DNA of 57,682 bases. It comes from an uncultured Piscirickettsiaceae bacterium (GTDB taxonomy: Bacteria > Pseudomonadota > Gammaproteobacteria > Thiomicrospirales > Thiomicrospiraceae). Positions 1 to 9,603 of the stretch are shown in pieces. The notes beneath the pieces are model-generated. The model did not search any database. It was given only the letters and a program-made list of their open reading frames with translations, and was not told where the DNA came from. The translations under genes were made by a program, and so were the position numbers. Within the stretch, counting starts at the first letter, position 1; every line of letters starts with the position of its first letter. Location: contig CAYOOU010000001.1 of NCBI GenBank assembly GCA_964405635.1, positions 1 through 57,682 on the forward strand, written 5' to 3'.

Positions 1-692
1 TGCCAGGCACCTAGTAGGATAACGCTGGCACCCGCGGTGCGGCGTACCCAGAGGTTGCGTGCCCATTTGGTGAGCAGAAAGGCAAAAGCCCCCATTAACA
101 TCAGATTGGGCAAGGTGCCCAAGCCAAAAGCCCCCATGACCAGAGCACCATTGAGGGCGGAGCCAGCAGAAAGTGCCATAATCAACATGCTGTACACCAA
201 CCCGCAGGGTAGCCAGCCCCAGAGCAAACCGTAAAGGTAGGCTTGGTGGAGCTTTTCTACCCGGTTAAATTTTTTTGTGAGGGGTTGAAGCTTTTGCCAC
301 ACTTTTGTGCCCACCCTCTCAATGGCCACTACGCCAAACCACCAGCCGCCTAAATAGAGACCCAGTGCAATCATAAAGAGTCCCGCAATCCATTGTAGAA
401 GCTGTTGTGCGGGCAGAAAGGTGGCGAGGTTGGAAAGGGAGGCGCCCAGTAGTCCAAAAATAGCGCCCAAAATCATATAGCTTGAGATGCGACCTAGATT
501 GTAGGCCAACTGATAAGGCATCATTCGCAAAAAACGGGTTTGTACTGATGGACTAAGATTAAAAGTGAGGCTGCCCACCACACCACCGCACATGCCTAAA
601 CAGTGCACTCCGCCAAGAATCCCTACCAGAAATGCGGTGAGAAAGAGGGAGTGGGAACCAAAAAAATCCAGCAAACTATCTATTGTATCCAT
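1..692 (-). CDS. Polytopic membrane protein, DsbD_2 / TauE-SafE-like family; 3' end lies beyond window edge
   Basis: Own minus-strand translation from ATG at 692-690: MDTIDSLLDFFGSHSLFLTAFLVGILGGVHCLGMCGGVVGSLTFNLSPSVQTRFLRMMPYQLAYNLGRISSY... It stays open and hydrophobic to nt 1, so it is absent from the ORF track. HCxxMCGG and YNLGRxxSY motifs are typical of this family. Confidence 0.6.
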   Translation of the reverse strand, partial: MDTIDSLLDFFGSHSLFLTAFLVGILGGVHCLGMCGGVVGSLTFNLSPSVQTRFLRMMPYQLAYNLGRISSYMILGAIFGLLGASLSNLATFLPAQQLLQWIAGLFMIALGLYLGGWWFGVVAIERVGTKVWQKLQPLTKKFNRVEKLHQAYLYGLLWGWLPCGLVYSMLIMALSAGSALNGALVMGAFGLGTLPNLMLMGAFAFLLTKWARNLWVRRTAGASVILLGAW

Positions 693-724
693 AGTGTGTA
701 CTCAAAAATTGGGTTGGGGACGGG

Positions 725-2257
725 TTAAGGAGATTGTCGGAGCCGGTCAAGGGTGCGGTAGCCAATGGCCTCTGCCAAGTGAGTCTCGTTGGGGGTGGTT
801 TGTTGCATGTCTGCCAAAGTGAGCGTAATGCGTAAAATGGCGTGATAGGCGCGGGCAGAAAGTCCGAGTCGCTCAATGGCATTTTGCATGAGTTGTTTCA
901 TTAGCGGAGTGAGTTGTATCTGCTGCTGTAACTGCTTCGCCGAGAGGTGACCATTCAGGCAACCTTGTCGTGCCAACTGCCGCTGGCGACACTGCTCAAT
1001 CCGAAGTCGAACTTGTGCACTGTGTTCAGCAGTAGGATCGGGTTTTGTAGCTTGCAGGTCCGCAATCTCTACCGGCGGCACCTCAATTTGCAGATCAATC
1101 CGGTCAAGCAGCGGGCCGGAGATTTTTTTTAGGTAGCGTTGAATCTGATCAGGGGTATCTTTACAGCGTCCATGCGGGTCATCAGGGAAAAATCCGCTGG
1201 GCGACGGGTTTAGGGCACACACAAACAGTGGATTAGCAGGATAGGTGATGTGGCTATTGACACGAGAAATTTGAATTTCTTTGTTTTCTAAAGGTTCTCG
1301 CAAGGCTTCAAGTGCCGTTCGACTAAATTCGGGCAATTCATCTAAAAAAATTACACCTTGGTGGGCCAAACTAATCGCCCCCGGTTTAGGGAAGGGAGAG
1401 CCCCCGCCTACTAGTGCAGGTAGGGTAATGGAGTGATGCGGTTGAGACAGAGGGGGGGCAAAAAGATCTCGTCTGACCTGTTTGGCCAAGGAGTGAATCG
1501 CTGCGACTTCGACTGCTTGTGATCGTGTAAGCGGCGGCAGAAGCCCCATCAATGCCTTGGCTAGCATACTTTTACCAGAGCCAGGTGGCCCCACCATAAT
1601 TAAGTGGTGATGACCGCTGGCAGCGATTTCCAATACCCGCTTGGCTTGGTGCTGTCCCCGAATATCGCTTAGGTCAATATTTTCCTGCCTGCTGATGGCA
1701 TTTTCCATCTTACCTTCAGGCAGGACTGGGGATTTTAAGTTTTTTTCGCCGATTAGAAATTCACAAACCTCTAAAAGGTGTTCTGCCCCCAGCACCTTGG
1801 GGTTTTCGAGTAGGCTGGCCTCTTCAAGGTTGGCGGTGGGAATAATCGCCGTTCGGCCAGCTTGGTTGGCAGCGAGAATACTGGGGAGAATGCCAGAGAT
1901 GGGGCGCAGTTGACCATCTAACCCCAGCTCTCCAAAAAACTCAAGAGAGTCTGTGTCGGCTTGTAACTGTCCAGTGGCGACCAATAAGCCGATGGCAATG
2001 GGGAGGTCATAGCGACTGCCCGTTTTGGGGAGGTCTGCCGGGGCGAGATTCAGAGTGATTCTCTGAGGTGGCAGTTGAAACTGACTGTTGATGAGGGCGC
2101 TGCGCACGCGGTCTTTGCTCTCCCGTACACTGGTTTCTGGCAGGCCTACCATATTTAAGGCGGGTAAGCCGTTGCTGGCATGCACCTCGACGGTTACTTC
2201 GGGTGCCTCCAGTCCTAGTAGGGCACGGGTGTGAATGGCGGCAAGGTTGTGCATCAA
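725..2257 (-). CDS. comM: YifB/ComM family Mg-chelatase-like AAA+ ATPase
   Basis: 510-aa track ORF. N-terminal Lon-like domain (LNMVGLPETSVRESKDRVRSALINS), Walker A GPPGSGKS, Walker B VIFLDELPEF, ChlI-type C-terminal tail. Confidence 0.9.
   Translation of the reverse strand: MMHNLAAIHTRALLGLEAPEVTVEVHASNGLPALNMVGLPETSVRESKDRVRSALINSQFQLPPQRITLNLAPADLPKTGSRYDLPIAIGLLVATGQLQADTDSLEFFGELGLDGQLRPISGILPSILAANQAGRTAIIPTANLEEASLLENPKVLGAEHLLEVCEFLIGEKNLKSPVLPEGKMENAISRQENIDLSDIRGQHQAKRVLEIAASGHHHLIMVGPPGSGKSMLAKALMGLLPPLTRSQAVEVAAIHSLAKQVRRDLFAPPLSQPHHSITLPALVGGGSPFPKPGAISLAHQGVIFLDELPEFSRTALEALREPLENKEIQISRVNSHITYPANPLFVCALNPSPSGFFPDDPHGRCKDTPDQIQRYLKKISGPLLDRIDLQIEVPPVEIADLQATKPDPTAEHSAQVRLRIEQCRQRQLARQGCLNGHLSAKQLQQQIQLTPLMKQLMQNAIERLGLSARAYHAILRITLTLADMQQTTPNETHLAEAIGYRTLDRLRQSP
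1719..1736 (+). repeat. Dispersed 18-nt motif GGCAGGACTGGGGATTTT, copy A (18/18), inside comM
   Basis: Read directly. On the comM coding strand it encodes KSPVLP in the inter-domain linker. Confidence 0.8.
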
Positions 2258-2266
2258 CGGTTCACC

Positions 2267-2551
2267 TTAGGTGAGTTCATCCTTTTTTAGTGGATCTTCG
2301 GTGGGGGGGAGTTGCAATGCCTCGAGCTTAGCCACTCTCTCTTCTAAAGCTTCAAGTTTGGCACGGGTTTTTTGTAGCACGCCTTTTTGGATTTCGAACT
2401 CTTCTCGTGTCACCAAATCCATTTTAGCAAAAACACTGCTTAAGCTGGCTTTAAGGTTTTGTTGCACTTGATCTGGTAAATTGCCGATGTTAGGAGGGAG
2501 TGCATCCATCACAGATTTGGCAAGCGCTTCGAGTTGTTTGGGGTTGAGCAT
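2267..2551 (-). CDS. ubiK: Ubiquinone biosynthesis accessory factor UbiK (YqiC/BMFP family)
   Basis: MLNPKQLEALAKSV...MDLVTREEFEIQKGVLQKTRAKLEALEERVAKLE matches the YqiC coiled-coil pattern. ATG at 2551 is preceded by GAGG (the track start at 2563 is a TTG). The stop lies 9 nt upstream of the comM start. Confidence 0.8.
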   Translation of the reverse strand: MLNPKQLEALAKSVMDALPPNIGNLPDQVQQNLKASLSSVFAKMDLVTREEFEIQKGVLQKTRAKLEALEERVAKLEALQLPPTEDPLKKDELT

Positions 2552-2678
2552 AATAGACCTCAATAATATTATGAATAGAAGCTCTTATTTTACTGGAAGT
2601 TTTGCACAGGTAAGAAAAACTTCGTGATAGAATTTATAAGATTTTTCCCATTAGAAATAGGTAGAAATAGGTGAAATA

Positions 2679-3749
2679 ATGGCAGAACTCTATTCCCATG
2701 ATTCAAAAGATGCCGCCAAGCGCCTCTTTGACAAGATTTCTCAAGTTTTTGAGGAAGAGGGCATTAATCCAACGCCCGTTAATTATTTGGTGTGGTATGC
2801 CTATTTAAAAGGAGATAACCCTAAGCTCAATAAAGAGATGGATGAGATTTTAGCTGACTCTTTCGGATATCATGATCGTGCTGGACGCCATTTATTTGAG
2901 GCATATTTAGGTCAGAATGAAGATGCAGATTCACAGATTGACTTAGCCTTTCGTCGTTTACTTAATGCAGTGGCAAAAAAGTTCAATGAGTGGACTCAAA
3001 AGTTGGACTCAGAATCTAAGCAGTTAGAAATGTGCACGCAAAACTTAAAAAATCCTGATTTAAGCACAGAGCAAATTCGTGAAATCACCAAAGTGGTTCT
3101 GGAAACGGCAGAAGCCATGAAAGAGGATACCGAAGCGATGAAAGAAGGGGTTATCAACTCGGTGGATGAGGTGAAGCGGCTGCGAGAAGAGTTGGTAAAG
3201 GCACGTGCCCAAGTACTGACTGATGAGCTAACAGAGGTGGGTAATCGTAAAGCCTTTAATGAAGCCATTGCCGAGATGACCACTAAAGTGGAAGAGGAAG
3301 CATTAGACTCAGTCTGCTTGATTATGTCCGATATTGACCATTTCAAACGCTTCAATGATGAGTTTGGACACTTGATAGGGGACAGTGTACTGCGTTATTT
3401 TGCCAGCCTAATGAAAAAGCTTTCTAAGGAAAATGAAACTTTATGCCGCTATGGTGGTGAGGAGTTTGCCATATTGGTGACCAACGAAACCTTGGAGCGG
3501 GTACTGGAAATTGCAGAAGAGATCCGTACCACACTGGAACATGCACGCTTAAAGCGTAAAGGCAGTGAGCGACAAATTGGACAGATTACCGCTTCTTTTG
3601 GGGTGGCGTGCTATCGTCCTGGTGAAAGCATAGAAAGTTTTATTGCTCGAGCAGATGCAGCACTTTATAAAGCAAAAGAAACAGGGCGAAATAGAGTTGT
3701 GTCTGAATTAGCATTAGACGATGCGGGCACAGAAAGCACGGATGCCTAA
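2679..3749 (+). CDS. Diguanylate cyclase (GGDEF domain) with coiled-coil N-terminal domain
   Basis: 356-aa ORF. DIDHFKRFNDEFGHLIGD and RYGGEEFAIL active-site motifs, YKAKETGRNRV C-terminal signature. Confidence 0.9.
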   Translation: MAELYSHDSKDAAKRLFDKISQVFEEEGINPTPVNYLVWYAYLKGDNPKLNKEMDEILADSFGYHDRAGRHLFEAYLGQNEDADSQIDLAFRRLLNAVAKKFNEWTQKLDSESKQLEMCTQNLKNPDLSTEQIREITKVVLETAEAMKEDTEAMKEGVINSVDEVKRLREELVKARAQVLTDELTEVGNRKAFNEAIAEMTTKVEEEALDSVCLIMSDIDHFKRFNDEFGHLIGDSVLRYFASLMKKLSKENETLCRYGGEEFAILVTNETLERVLEIAEEIRTTLEHARLKRKGSERQIGQITASFGVACYRPGESIESFIARADAALYKAKETGRNRVVSELALDDAGTESTDA

Positions 3750-4773
3750 AGCTTCCCCAACACTTGTTTTTGAACAGTTTGAACGGGCTTACGGTGAGCC
3801 CGTAACCATAGCAGCCTTAAAAACTAAGCCTCAGGATTTTGTGGTAGAAGAGGTGCTGGGCTTTGAGCTGAGTGGTGAGGGTGAGCATCTCTGGCTGTGG
3901 ATTGAAAAGGTTGGGCAGAATACCGATTGGTTAGTGAAACAGCTGGCAAAGGGATTGAATTTGCCCACTGCCGCAATCGGCTATGCTGGCAAAAAAGACC
4001 GTCAAGCGGTGACAAGGCAGTGGATCAGCGTGCAGTTGCCCACTTCCCGAGAATCGTCATTGATGGCTCGCCTCAATACCCTGCCAGGGGTGAACTGCCT
4101 AAAGGCTCAGCGACACAGTAAAAAGTGTAAAGTGGGAGACCACCTTGCTAATCGCTTTCAACTGGTGCTTCGCTTTCCCTCTCCCCTTACGGCTGCCTTG
4201 CAGTCTCAATTAAATCACCGCTTACAACAGCTTGCACAGCGGGGTTTTCCTAACTATTTTGGTGAACAACGCTTTGGTCACAAGATGCAAAACCTCCAGC
4301 AGGGAGAGCAGTTTTTGCAAAATCCTCGTCGCAAAGTCCCCCGTCATCTAAAAGGACTCTATCTTTCTGCGCTGCGCAGTGCTTTGTTTAATGTGGCATT
4401 GAGCCACCGTATTGCACTAGGGAATTGGCAAACCCCTCTTGATGGTGAGGTGTTCATTGAAGACCTTGCTTCTGAACAGACTGAAAATACCTCGTTTGCC
4501 CTCACAGGGCCTTTGCCAGGTGATGGTGAGTTGGGCAGTGAGCAGGCAGTTTTGGCACTGGAAGAAGCAGCGTTGGCGCCCTTTGAAAGCTGGAGGCAAG
4601 GTTTAAAACAGGCGCGTTTAACACCGGAACGACGAGCGCTCACCTGCCTGCCTCAAGCTTTGAGCTGGCAGTTTGAGACGGAACAGAAGCTCACTTTGCA
4701 GTTTGTTTTGCCCAAGGGGAGTTATGCCACCATGTTGGTGCGAGAGTTGATTCAGGTTCTAATCAGATTTTAA
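3742..4773 (+). CDS. truD: tRNA pseudouridine(13) synthase TruD
   Basis: FVVEEVLGFELSGEGEHLWL, GYAGKKDRQAVTRQW and FPNYFGEQRFG motifs. The start is ambiguous between 3721 (track) and 3742 (MPKASP..., 8-nt overlap with the upstream stop). Confidence 0.85.
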   Translation: MPKASPTLVFEQFERAYGEPVTIAALKTKPQDFVVEEVLGFELSGEGEHLWLWIEKVGQNTDWLVKQLAKGLNLPTAAIGYAGKKDRQAVTRQWISVQLPTSRESSLMARLNTLPGVNCLKAQRHSKKCKVGDHLANRFQLVLRFPSPLTAALQSQLNHRLQQLAQRGFPNYFGEQRFGHKMQNLQQGEQFLQNPRRKVPRHLKGLYLSALRSALFNVALSHRIALGNWQTPLDGEVFIEDLASEQTENTSFALTGPLPGDGELGSEQAVLALEEAALAPFESWRQGLKQARLTPERRALTCLPQALSWQFETEQKLTLQFVLPKGSYATMLVRELIQVLIRF

Positions 4774-4834
4774 ACACCATATAAATATATCGTTATATAA
4801 TCATGTCTCTATTCATGCCTATTGAGGAAAATTT

Positions 4835-5926
4835 ATGGTTACGCCAATGTCGTCTTCTCGAATTATCCTAGTCTTAACACTTGGTTTACTCTCTTTAACT
4901 GCTTGCGAAAAAGAGAATAAAACCTCTGCTGAGCAGGCTATGCCCCCTTTAGTAAAGGTGACTCATCCAGCGCTGGCGGATACTTTTCAAATCCAAACCC
5001 TTGTAGGGCAAGTGGTACCGCAGGTAGAGTCCTCCGTAGGTTTTCAGGTGGCGGGTCGTATTGAACATCGACTTGTGAGGCTGGGTGAAAGCGTAGAGAA
5101 AGGGCAAAAACTATTTCTACTAGATAGCACAGATTATCAACTCAAGGTGCAGGCGGTGAAGGCGAAAATCCGTTCTACCGAGTCAGACCTAGAAACGGCC
5201 AAGCGGGATTTGGCTCGATTGGTTGATTTGCGGCACCGTAAGTTGGTTTCTCAACAGCAGGTGGACAATGCGCAAAATGCGGTGACCAAGCTTACTGCAG
5301 CCTTGGCAGCATTGCAACCAGAGCTGGAGTTGGCACAGAACCAGTTGGCTTATACGCAGCTTACTGCGCCCATAAGTGGTGTGGTCACAGCGGTGTTGGC
5401 AGACCGTGGTCAAGTTGTGGGAACTGGGACTCCAGTGGTGAAGTTGGCACAAACCCACGGTAAGTTGGCTCAATTTGACTTGCCAGAAGCACTCAAACAA
5501 CAATTGCCTCAGTTGCCGGCCACTTTGACGGTGCAAGTGGGCGGGCAGAATTTTCAGGCAAAGTTCTATCAGCAAGCGCCAACTGCCGATCCCGTTAGCC
5601 GAACTTGGACGGTGGCGTATCAATTGCCAGATGAACCAGGAGTAAGTCGCATTACTTTTGGGCAAACGGCGACCGCAGACTTTACCCATTCCACCCAGGA
5701 GAAGGTCTGGCAGGTGCCGAATACTGCTATTTTAATGAAAAACAGTCAAGCTTTTCTCTATGTGGTTGCCGACAACAAGCTGGTGCTAAAGCCTGTGCAG
5801 GTGGTGAAACTGTTTGATAGAACAGCTTGGGTTACAGGGAAGTTATCAGCAGAAGATACCATTGTTCGCATGGGCGTACACACCTTGCACGCCTCTGAAG
5901 TTGTACGGGTGAGCCAAGATGGGTAA
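4835..5926 (+). CDS. RND efflux periplasmic adaptor (membrane fusion protein), lipoprotein
   Basis: 363-aa ORF. Signal peptide with lipobox LSLTAC, coiled-coil hairpin region, LDSTDYQLKV and YTQLTAPISGVV motifs. GAGGA lies 6 nt upstream of the ATG. It overlaps the pump gene by 8 nt. Confidence 0.9.
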   Translation: MVTPMSSSRIILVLTLGLLSLTACEKENKTSAEQAMPPLVKVTHPALADTFQIQTLVGQVVPQVESSVGFQVAGRIEHRLVRLGESVEKGQKLFLLDSTDYQLKVQAVKAKIRSTESDLETAKRDLARLVDLRHRKLVSQQQVDNAQNAVTKLTAALAALQPELELAQNQLAYTQLTAPISGVVTAVLADRGQVVGTGTPVVKLAQTHGKLAQFDLPEALKQQLPQLPATLTVQVGGQNFQAKFYQQAPTADPVSRTWTVAYQLPDEPGVSRITFGQTATADFTHSTQEKVWQVPNTAILMKNSQAFLYVVADNKLVLKPVQVVKLFDRTAWVTGKLSAEDTIVRMGVHTLHASEVVRVSQDG

Positions 5927-8900
5927 ATTTAATCTCTCAGCATGGGCAATTAAAGAGAAGTCTTTAACGCTCTACTTGATTTTGGTGACCTTAGTGGTGG
6001 GGACGGCGGCCTTTGTTTTAAATGGTCGGGCGGAAGACCCGCAATTTAGTGTCAACACCATGGTGGTCAGTGCCATCTGGCCTGGAGCGAGCGTTAAGGA
6101 GATAGAGGAGCAGGTGGCGGATCCACTCGCAAAACGGCTGGAGGAGATTGATTGGTTTGATCGAGTAGAGACCAAAATTCGCCCCGGAAGGGTGGATATG
6201 TTGGTCAACTTTGCTGACAACACACCTCATGGGGTCAGTGAGCAGTTGTTTTATCAGGTTCGGAAGCGACTTGGGGATGTAACTCTGCCTCAAGGCGTGA
6301 TAGGCCCCATTTTCCAAGATGATTTTAAAGATGTCTATTTTACTCTCTACTCTTTAACCGCTTTAGAGTCTAGTTTGCCACAAACCGATCTGGTAAAAGT
6401 GGCGGAAACCATGCGTAAGGCACTGCGTCGAGTCGCAGGGGTAAAAAAAGTTATTTTGTTGGGAGAACAGAAGCCGCAAATTTTTGTGGATTTGGATCTG
6501 CAAAAACTTTTTACCTTAGGCATCACGCTTGAACAAATTAAAACCCAAATTGGTGCCCAGTTGGCAGTGAGCAATTCGGGCTTTATTGAAACGAATGGGC
6601 CTCGATTGCAGATTCGCCCAGAAAAAGGGGCAAAAGACCCTGTCAAAGCCTTAAAGCAACTGCCGGTACAAATTGGTGGCAAGGTGTGGCAGTTGGGTGA
6701 TTTGGCAGAGGTTCATCGAGGTTTTGAAACCCCACCGCAGCTTTTGGTACGAGACCGAGGTCATGAAGCGATATTGCTAGGGGTGGTGATGACAGATAAC
6801 ACCGATGGCTTAAAATTGGAAAAAGCTTTACAGCAATTTGAGACAGAATATCAAAGCCAACTGCCTGCAGGCATTAAGTTGGACAAAATCACCAATCAGG
6901 CGGATGCCATCCACCTAGCCTTAGACACCTTTCAGCTTAAGTTTGTGGTGGCTTTATTGGTGGTGATGATTGTGAGCTTTGTCGCTCTGGGGGTGCGTGC
7001 TGGCATTATTGTGGCTTTAGCCGTGCCATTGACTTTGGCCTTAACCTTTGTGTTTATGAAGGTCACGGGCATTAATTTTGACCGTATCTCTTTAGGGGCA
7101 CTGATCATTGCGCTAGGTTTGTTAGTGGATGATGCCATTATCTCCATTGAGATGATGATTATGAAGATGGAGAAGGGGGTTGAAAAGGTCAAGGCCGCTG
7201 CCTATGCTTGGACGCTTACTGCAGCCCCCATGTTGGTCGGCACCTTGGTGACCGTGATGGGCTTTTTGCCCATTGGTATGGCGGAGTCTCGAGTGGGTGA
7301 GTATGCCGGTGGACTGTTTTGGGTGACGGGTATTGCCCTGATCTCTTCATGGCTGGTGGCAGTGTGGTTTACGCCCTACTTAGGCGTGAAGTTACTGCCC
7401 AATACCTTAAAGCTCAAGCATGAAACCGATCCTTTTGATCGCCCTTTCTATCGTGGGCTGAGAAAGACCATCACCTTCTGTGTTAAGTATAAGTGGCTGA
7501 TTGTCTTTTTGACCGTTTTGGTCTTTGTGCTGTCAGTAGCTGGGCTTAAAAACAAGGTGGAAAAGCAGTTTTTCCCCAGCTCTGATCGGCCAGAGTTGCT
7601 GATTGATGTGAATCTACCTGAGGGAAGCAGTTTTGATGCCACCAACCGTTTAATGAAACGGATTGAGCAACAGCTACAAGACAGCGAAGGGGTGCGCTCC
7701 GTTTCCAGCTATGTGGGCCGTGGTTCACCGCGCTTCTTTTTAGCACTGAACCCTGAGTTGCCAAATCCAGCCTATGGAAATATTGTGGTGGTGGCAGAGG
7801 ATTGGCATGCACGAGATCGCCTGCAAGCGCAACTGCAAAAGCAGATTGATAATGGCGAGTTTTCTCAAGCTCGAGTGCGGGTTCACCCGCTGTTATTTGG
7901 TCCTCCTGTGCCTTGGCCAGTGGCCTTCCGTGTGGTGGGGGAAGACTATGAAACATTGACACAGATAGCCAACCGCATTCGACACAAAATGCAAGATTAT
8001 GCGTTTTTGATTGATCCGCATCTCTCTTGGGAGGCTCAAACGCCGAATCTTCAGTTGAAATGGAATTTGCAGCGTTTGGCTCAGCTAGGCTTGACGCCTA
8101 GCCAGGTGGCAACACAGCTGAATGCCTATGAGCAGGGTGCAGTGGCTGCACTTGTGCTCGAGGGGATTCGCTCCACTGAAGTGCGACTGCGAGGCAAACC
8201 GAATCAAGTGACGGTAGAAAAGTTAGCTGATGTACCCATTAGCTTACCCAGTGGCAAAACCGTTCCTTTGTCGCAGTTAGCTGAGGTGAGTGTGGGTCAG
8301 GAGTATGCACTGGTCGAGCGGCGTAATCGAGAACCAACGATTAGCGTTTATGCTGAGGTTCGGCTAGGCATTCAACCCCCTGATGCCACCGCTGAGGTAT
8401 GGAAAGGGCTACAGTCGATTGTGCAAGATCTGCCTCCAGGTTATCGAGTCGAAATTGGTGGATCTGTGGAAGAATCTGCCCAAGCTCAGGACTCCATTAA
8501 GGTAAAAATGCCGCTCATGATTTTAGGCGTGACTTTCTTAATTATGATCTATGTGCGCAGCTTTACCAGCTTGTTTATGGTGCTGGTGACAGCACCGCTT
8601 GGCGTGATTGGTGCAGTGGCAGCGATGCTACTGTTCCAGCAACCTTTAGGGTTTGTGGCCAATCTGGGCATTATTGCCTTAGGGGGAATTTTGATGCGCA
8701 ATACGCTGATTTTGATCGCACAGATTAAAGAGAACCTAGAGGTGGAGCAGATGCCGATTGGTCAGGCGGTGATTGAGGCGACAGTACATCGCGCCCGTCC
8801 CGTGATTCTAACTGCAATGGCAGCGGTGTTTGCCTTTATGCCGCTCTCAGAGTCTGTGTTCTGGGGGCCTATGGCCTATGTACTGATTGGCGGACTTTTT

Positions 8901-8972
8901 GTGGGTACCTTTATCACCCTGTTCTTCTTACCTGCACTTTATGCAGTTTGGTATCGGGTGAAACTCAACTAA
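5919..8972 (+). CDS. RND efflux permease (AcrB/AcrD/AcrF family)
   Basis: 1017-aa ORF with 12-TM RND architecture. N-terminus MGKFNLSAWAIKEKSLTLYLILV...RAEDPQFSVNTMVV. GLLVDDAIISIE motif in TM4. Confidence 0.93.
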   Translation: MGKFNLSAWAIKEKSLTLYLILVTLVVGTAAFVLNGRAEDPQFSVNTMVVSAIWPGASVKEIEEQVADPLAKRLEEIDWFDRVETKIRPGRVDMLVNFADNTPHGVSEQLFYQVRKRLGDVTLPQGVIGPIFQDDFKDVYFTLYSLTALESSLPQTDLVKVAETMRKALRRVAGVKKVILLGEQKPQIFVDLDLQKLFTLGITLEQIKTQIGAQLAVSNSGFIETNGPRLQIRPEKGAKDPVKALKQLPVQIGGKVWQLGDLAEVHRGFETPPQLLVRDRGHEAILLGVVMTDNTDGLKLEKALQQFETEYQSQLPAGIKLDKITNQADAIHLALDTFQLKFVVALLVVMIVSFVALGVRAGIIVALAVPLTLALTFVFMKVTGINFDRISLGALIIALGLLVDDAIISIEMMIMKMEKGVEKVKAAAYAWTLTAAPMLVGTLVTVMGFLPIGMAESRVGEYAGGLFWVTGIALISSWLVAVWFTPYLGVKLLPNTLKLKHETDPFDRPFYRGLRKTITFCVKYKWLIVFLTVLVFVLSVAGLKNKVEKQFFPSSDRPELLIDVNLPEGSSFDATNRLMKRIEQQLQDSEGVRSVSSYVGRGSPRFFLALNPELPNPAYGNIVVVAEDWHARDRLQAQLQKQIDNGEFSQARVRVHPLLFGPPVPWPVAFRVVGEDYETLTQIANRIRHKMQDYAFLIDPHLSWEAQTPNLQLKWNLQRLAQLGLTPSQVATQLNAYEQGAVAALVLEGIRSTEVRLRGKPNQVTVEKLADVPISLPSGKTVPLSQLAEVSVGQEYALVERRNREPTISVYAEVRLGIQPPDATAEVWKGLQSIVQDLPPGYRVEIGGSVEESAQAQDSIKVKMPLMILGVTFLIMIYVRSFTSLFMVLVTAPLGVIGAVAAMLLFQQPLGFVANLGIIALGGILMRNTLILIAQIKENLEVEQMPIGQAVIEATVHRARPVILTAMAAVFAFMPLSESVFWGPMAYVLIGGLFVGTFITLFFLPALYAVWYRVKLN

Positions 8973-9209
8973 AGCAAGAAGTCTTCGCCTTTTGCCATAA
9001 TTCCCAGTTCAGCCATTCAAAAAAGCTTATAACAGCTTGGCTGGACTGAAGATTTTGGCACTTAGTTCTTTTTTGTTGGTGTTTCCCAAATTTTGGGCAC
9101 TCCAACCCACCCCTATGGTCTTAGGCACAAGACCTCTGAATATTTATTGATCGCTTTAAATTATGCGCAATACAGGCGAGGGTAAGCCTTGCTTGATTTC
9201 TTTAAATAT

Positions 9210-9515
9210 CTAAGAGTTTGGCTTGCGCCAAACCATAGTTTTTTTGAGTACAACAAAGGCTCTTTCTACAACATAACAAACTTCACTGGCAAATTTGTTG
9301 TGGCGTTTTTGCTCCTCTGTTAAGGGTTTGTTTTGGTTGGACCTTTCTAATGTGTTGTTTTGAATACCTTTGTCATTAGTTGTGCCCTTTACTTTTGTAG
9401 GCACTGTCTGCATTAACAGGTTTTTCTTCTCCTGTGAGCAGCCCTTTAGCGGAATTTTTTATTTCCTCTTCGTTTTTTACCTTTTCTGCAAGTACTGTGC
9501 AGAGGGGGAATATTG
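9210..9515 (-). pseudogene. IS5-family (DDE_Tnp_1) transposase remnant: C-terminal part only, frameshifted
   Basis: One frame reads ...GLLTGEEKPVNADSAYKSKGHN* (ADSAY is the second DDE aspartate region). The adjacent frame continues NDKGIQNN...LTEEQKRHNKFASEVCYVVERAFVVLKK (R-x3-VE-x2-F-x2-LK motif). The N-terminal half is absent. Confidence 0.65.
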
Positions 9516-9541
9516 GTCATAGTGTCATATTAAAATAGAAT

Positions 9542-9559
9542 TGACCAACCGGTCGGTCA
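9542..9559. promoter_or_regulatory. Imperfect palindrome TGACCAACCGGTCGGTCA, candidate TetR operator
   Basis: 18-bp dyad (16/18 self-complementary) 45 nt upstream of the TetR ATG. Confidence 0.4.
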
Positions 9560-9603
9560 GTTGTAAATGTATTCAACTTCAACGCTCAATAAATCGACAG
9601 ACT

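Noticed and set aside
37-822. Plus-strand ORFs 37..234 and 565..822
   Set aside because: They are antisense to the membrane-protein gene I translated on the minus strand (1-692) and to the comM 3' end.
5189-5689. 166-aa antisense ORF inside the efflux adaptor gene, and similar ORFs at 6347-6682, 7546-7962 and 22226-22666
   Set aside because: These are shadow ORFs opposite well-supported genes (MFP, RND pump, bioA).
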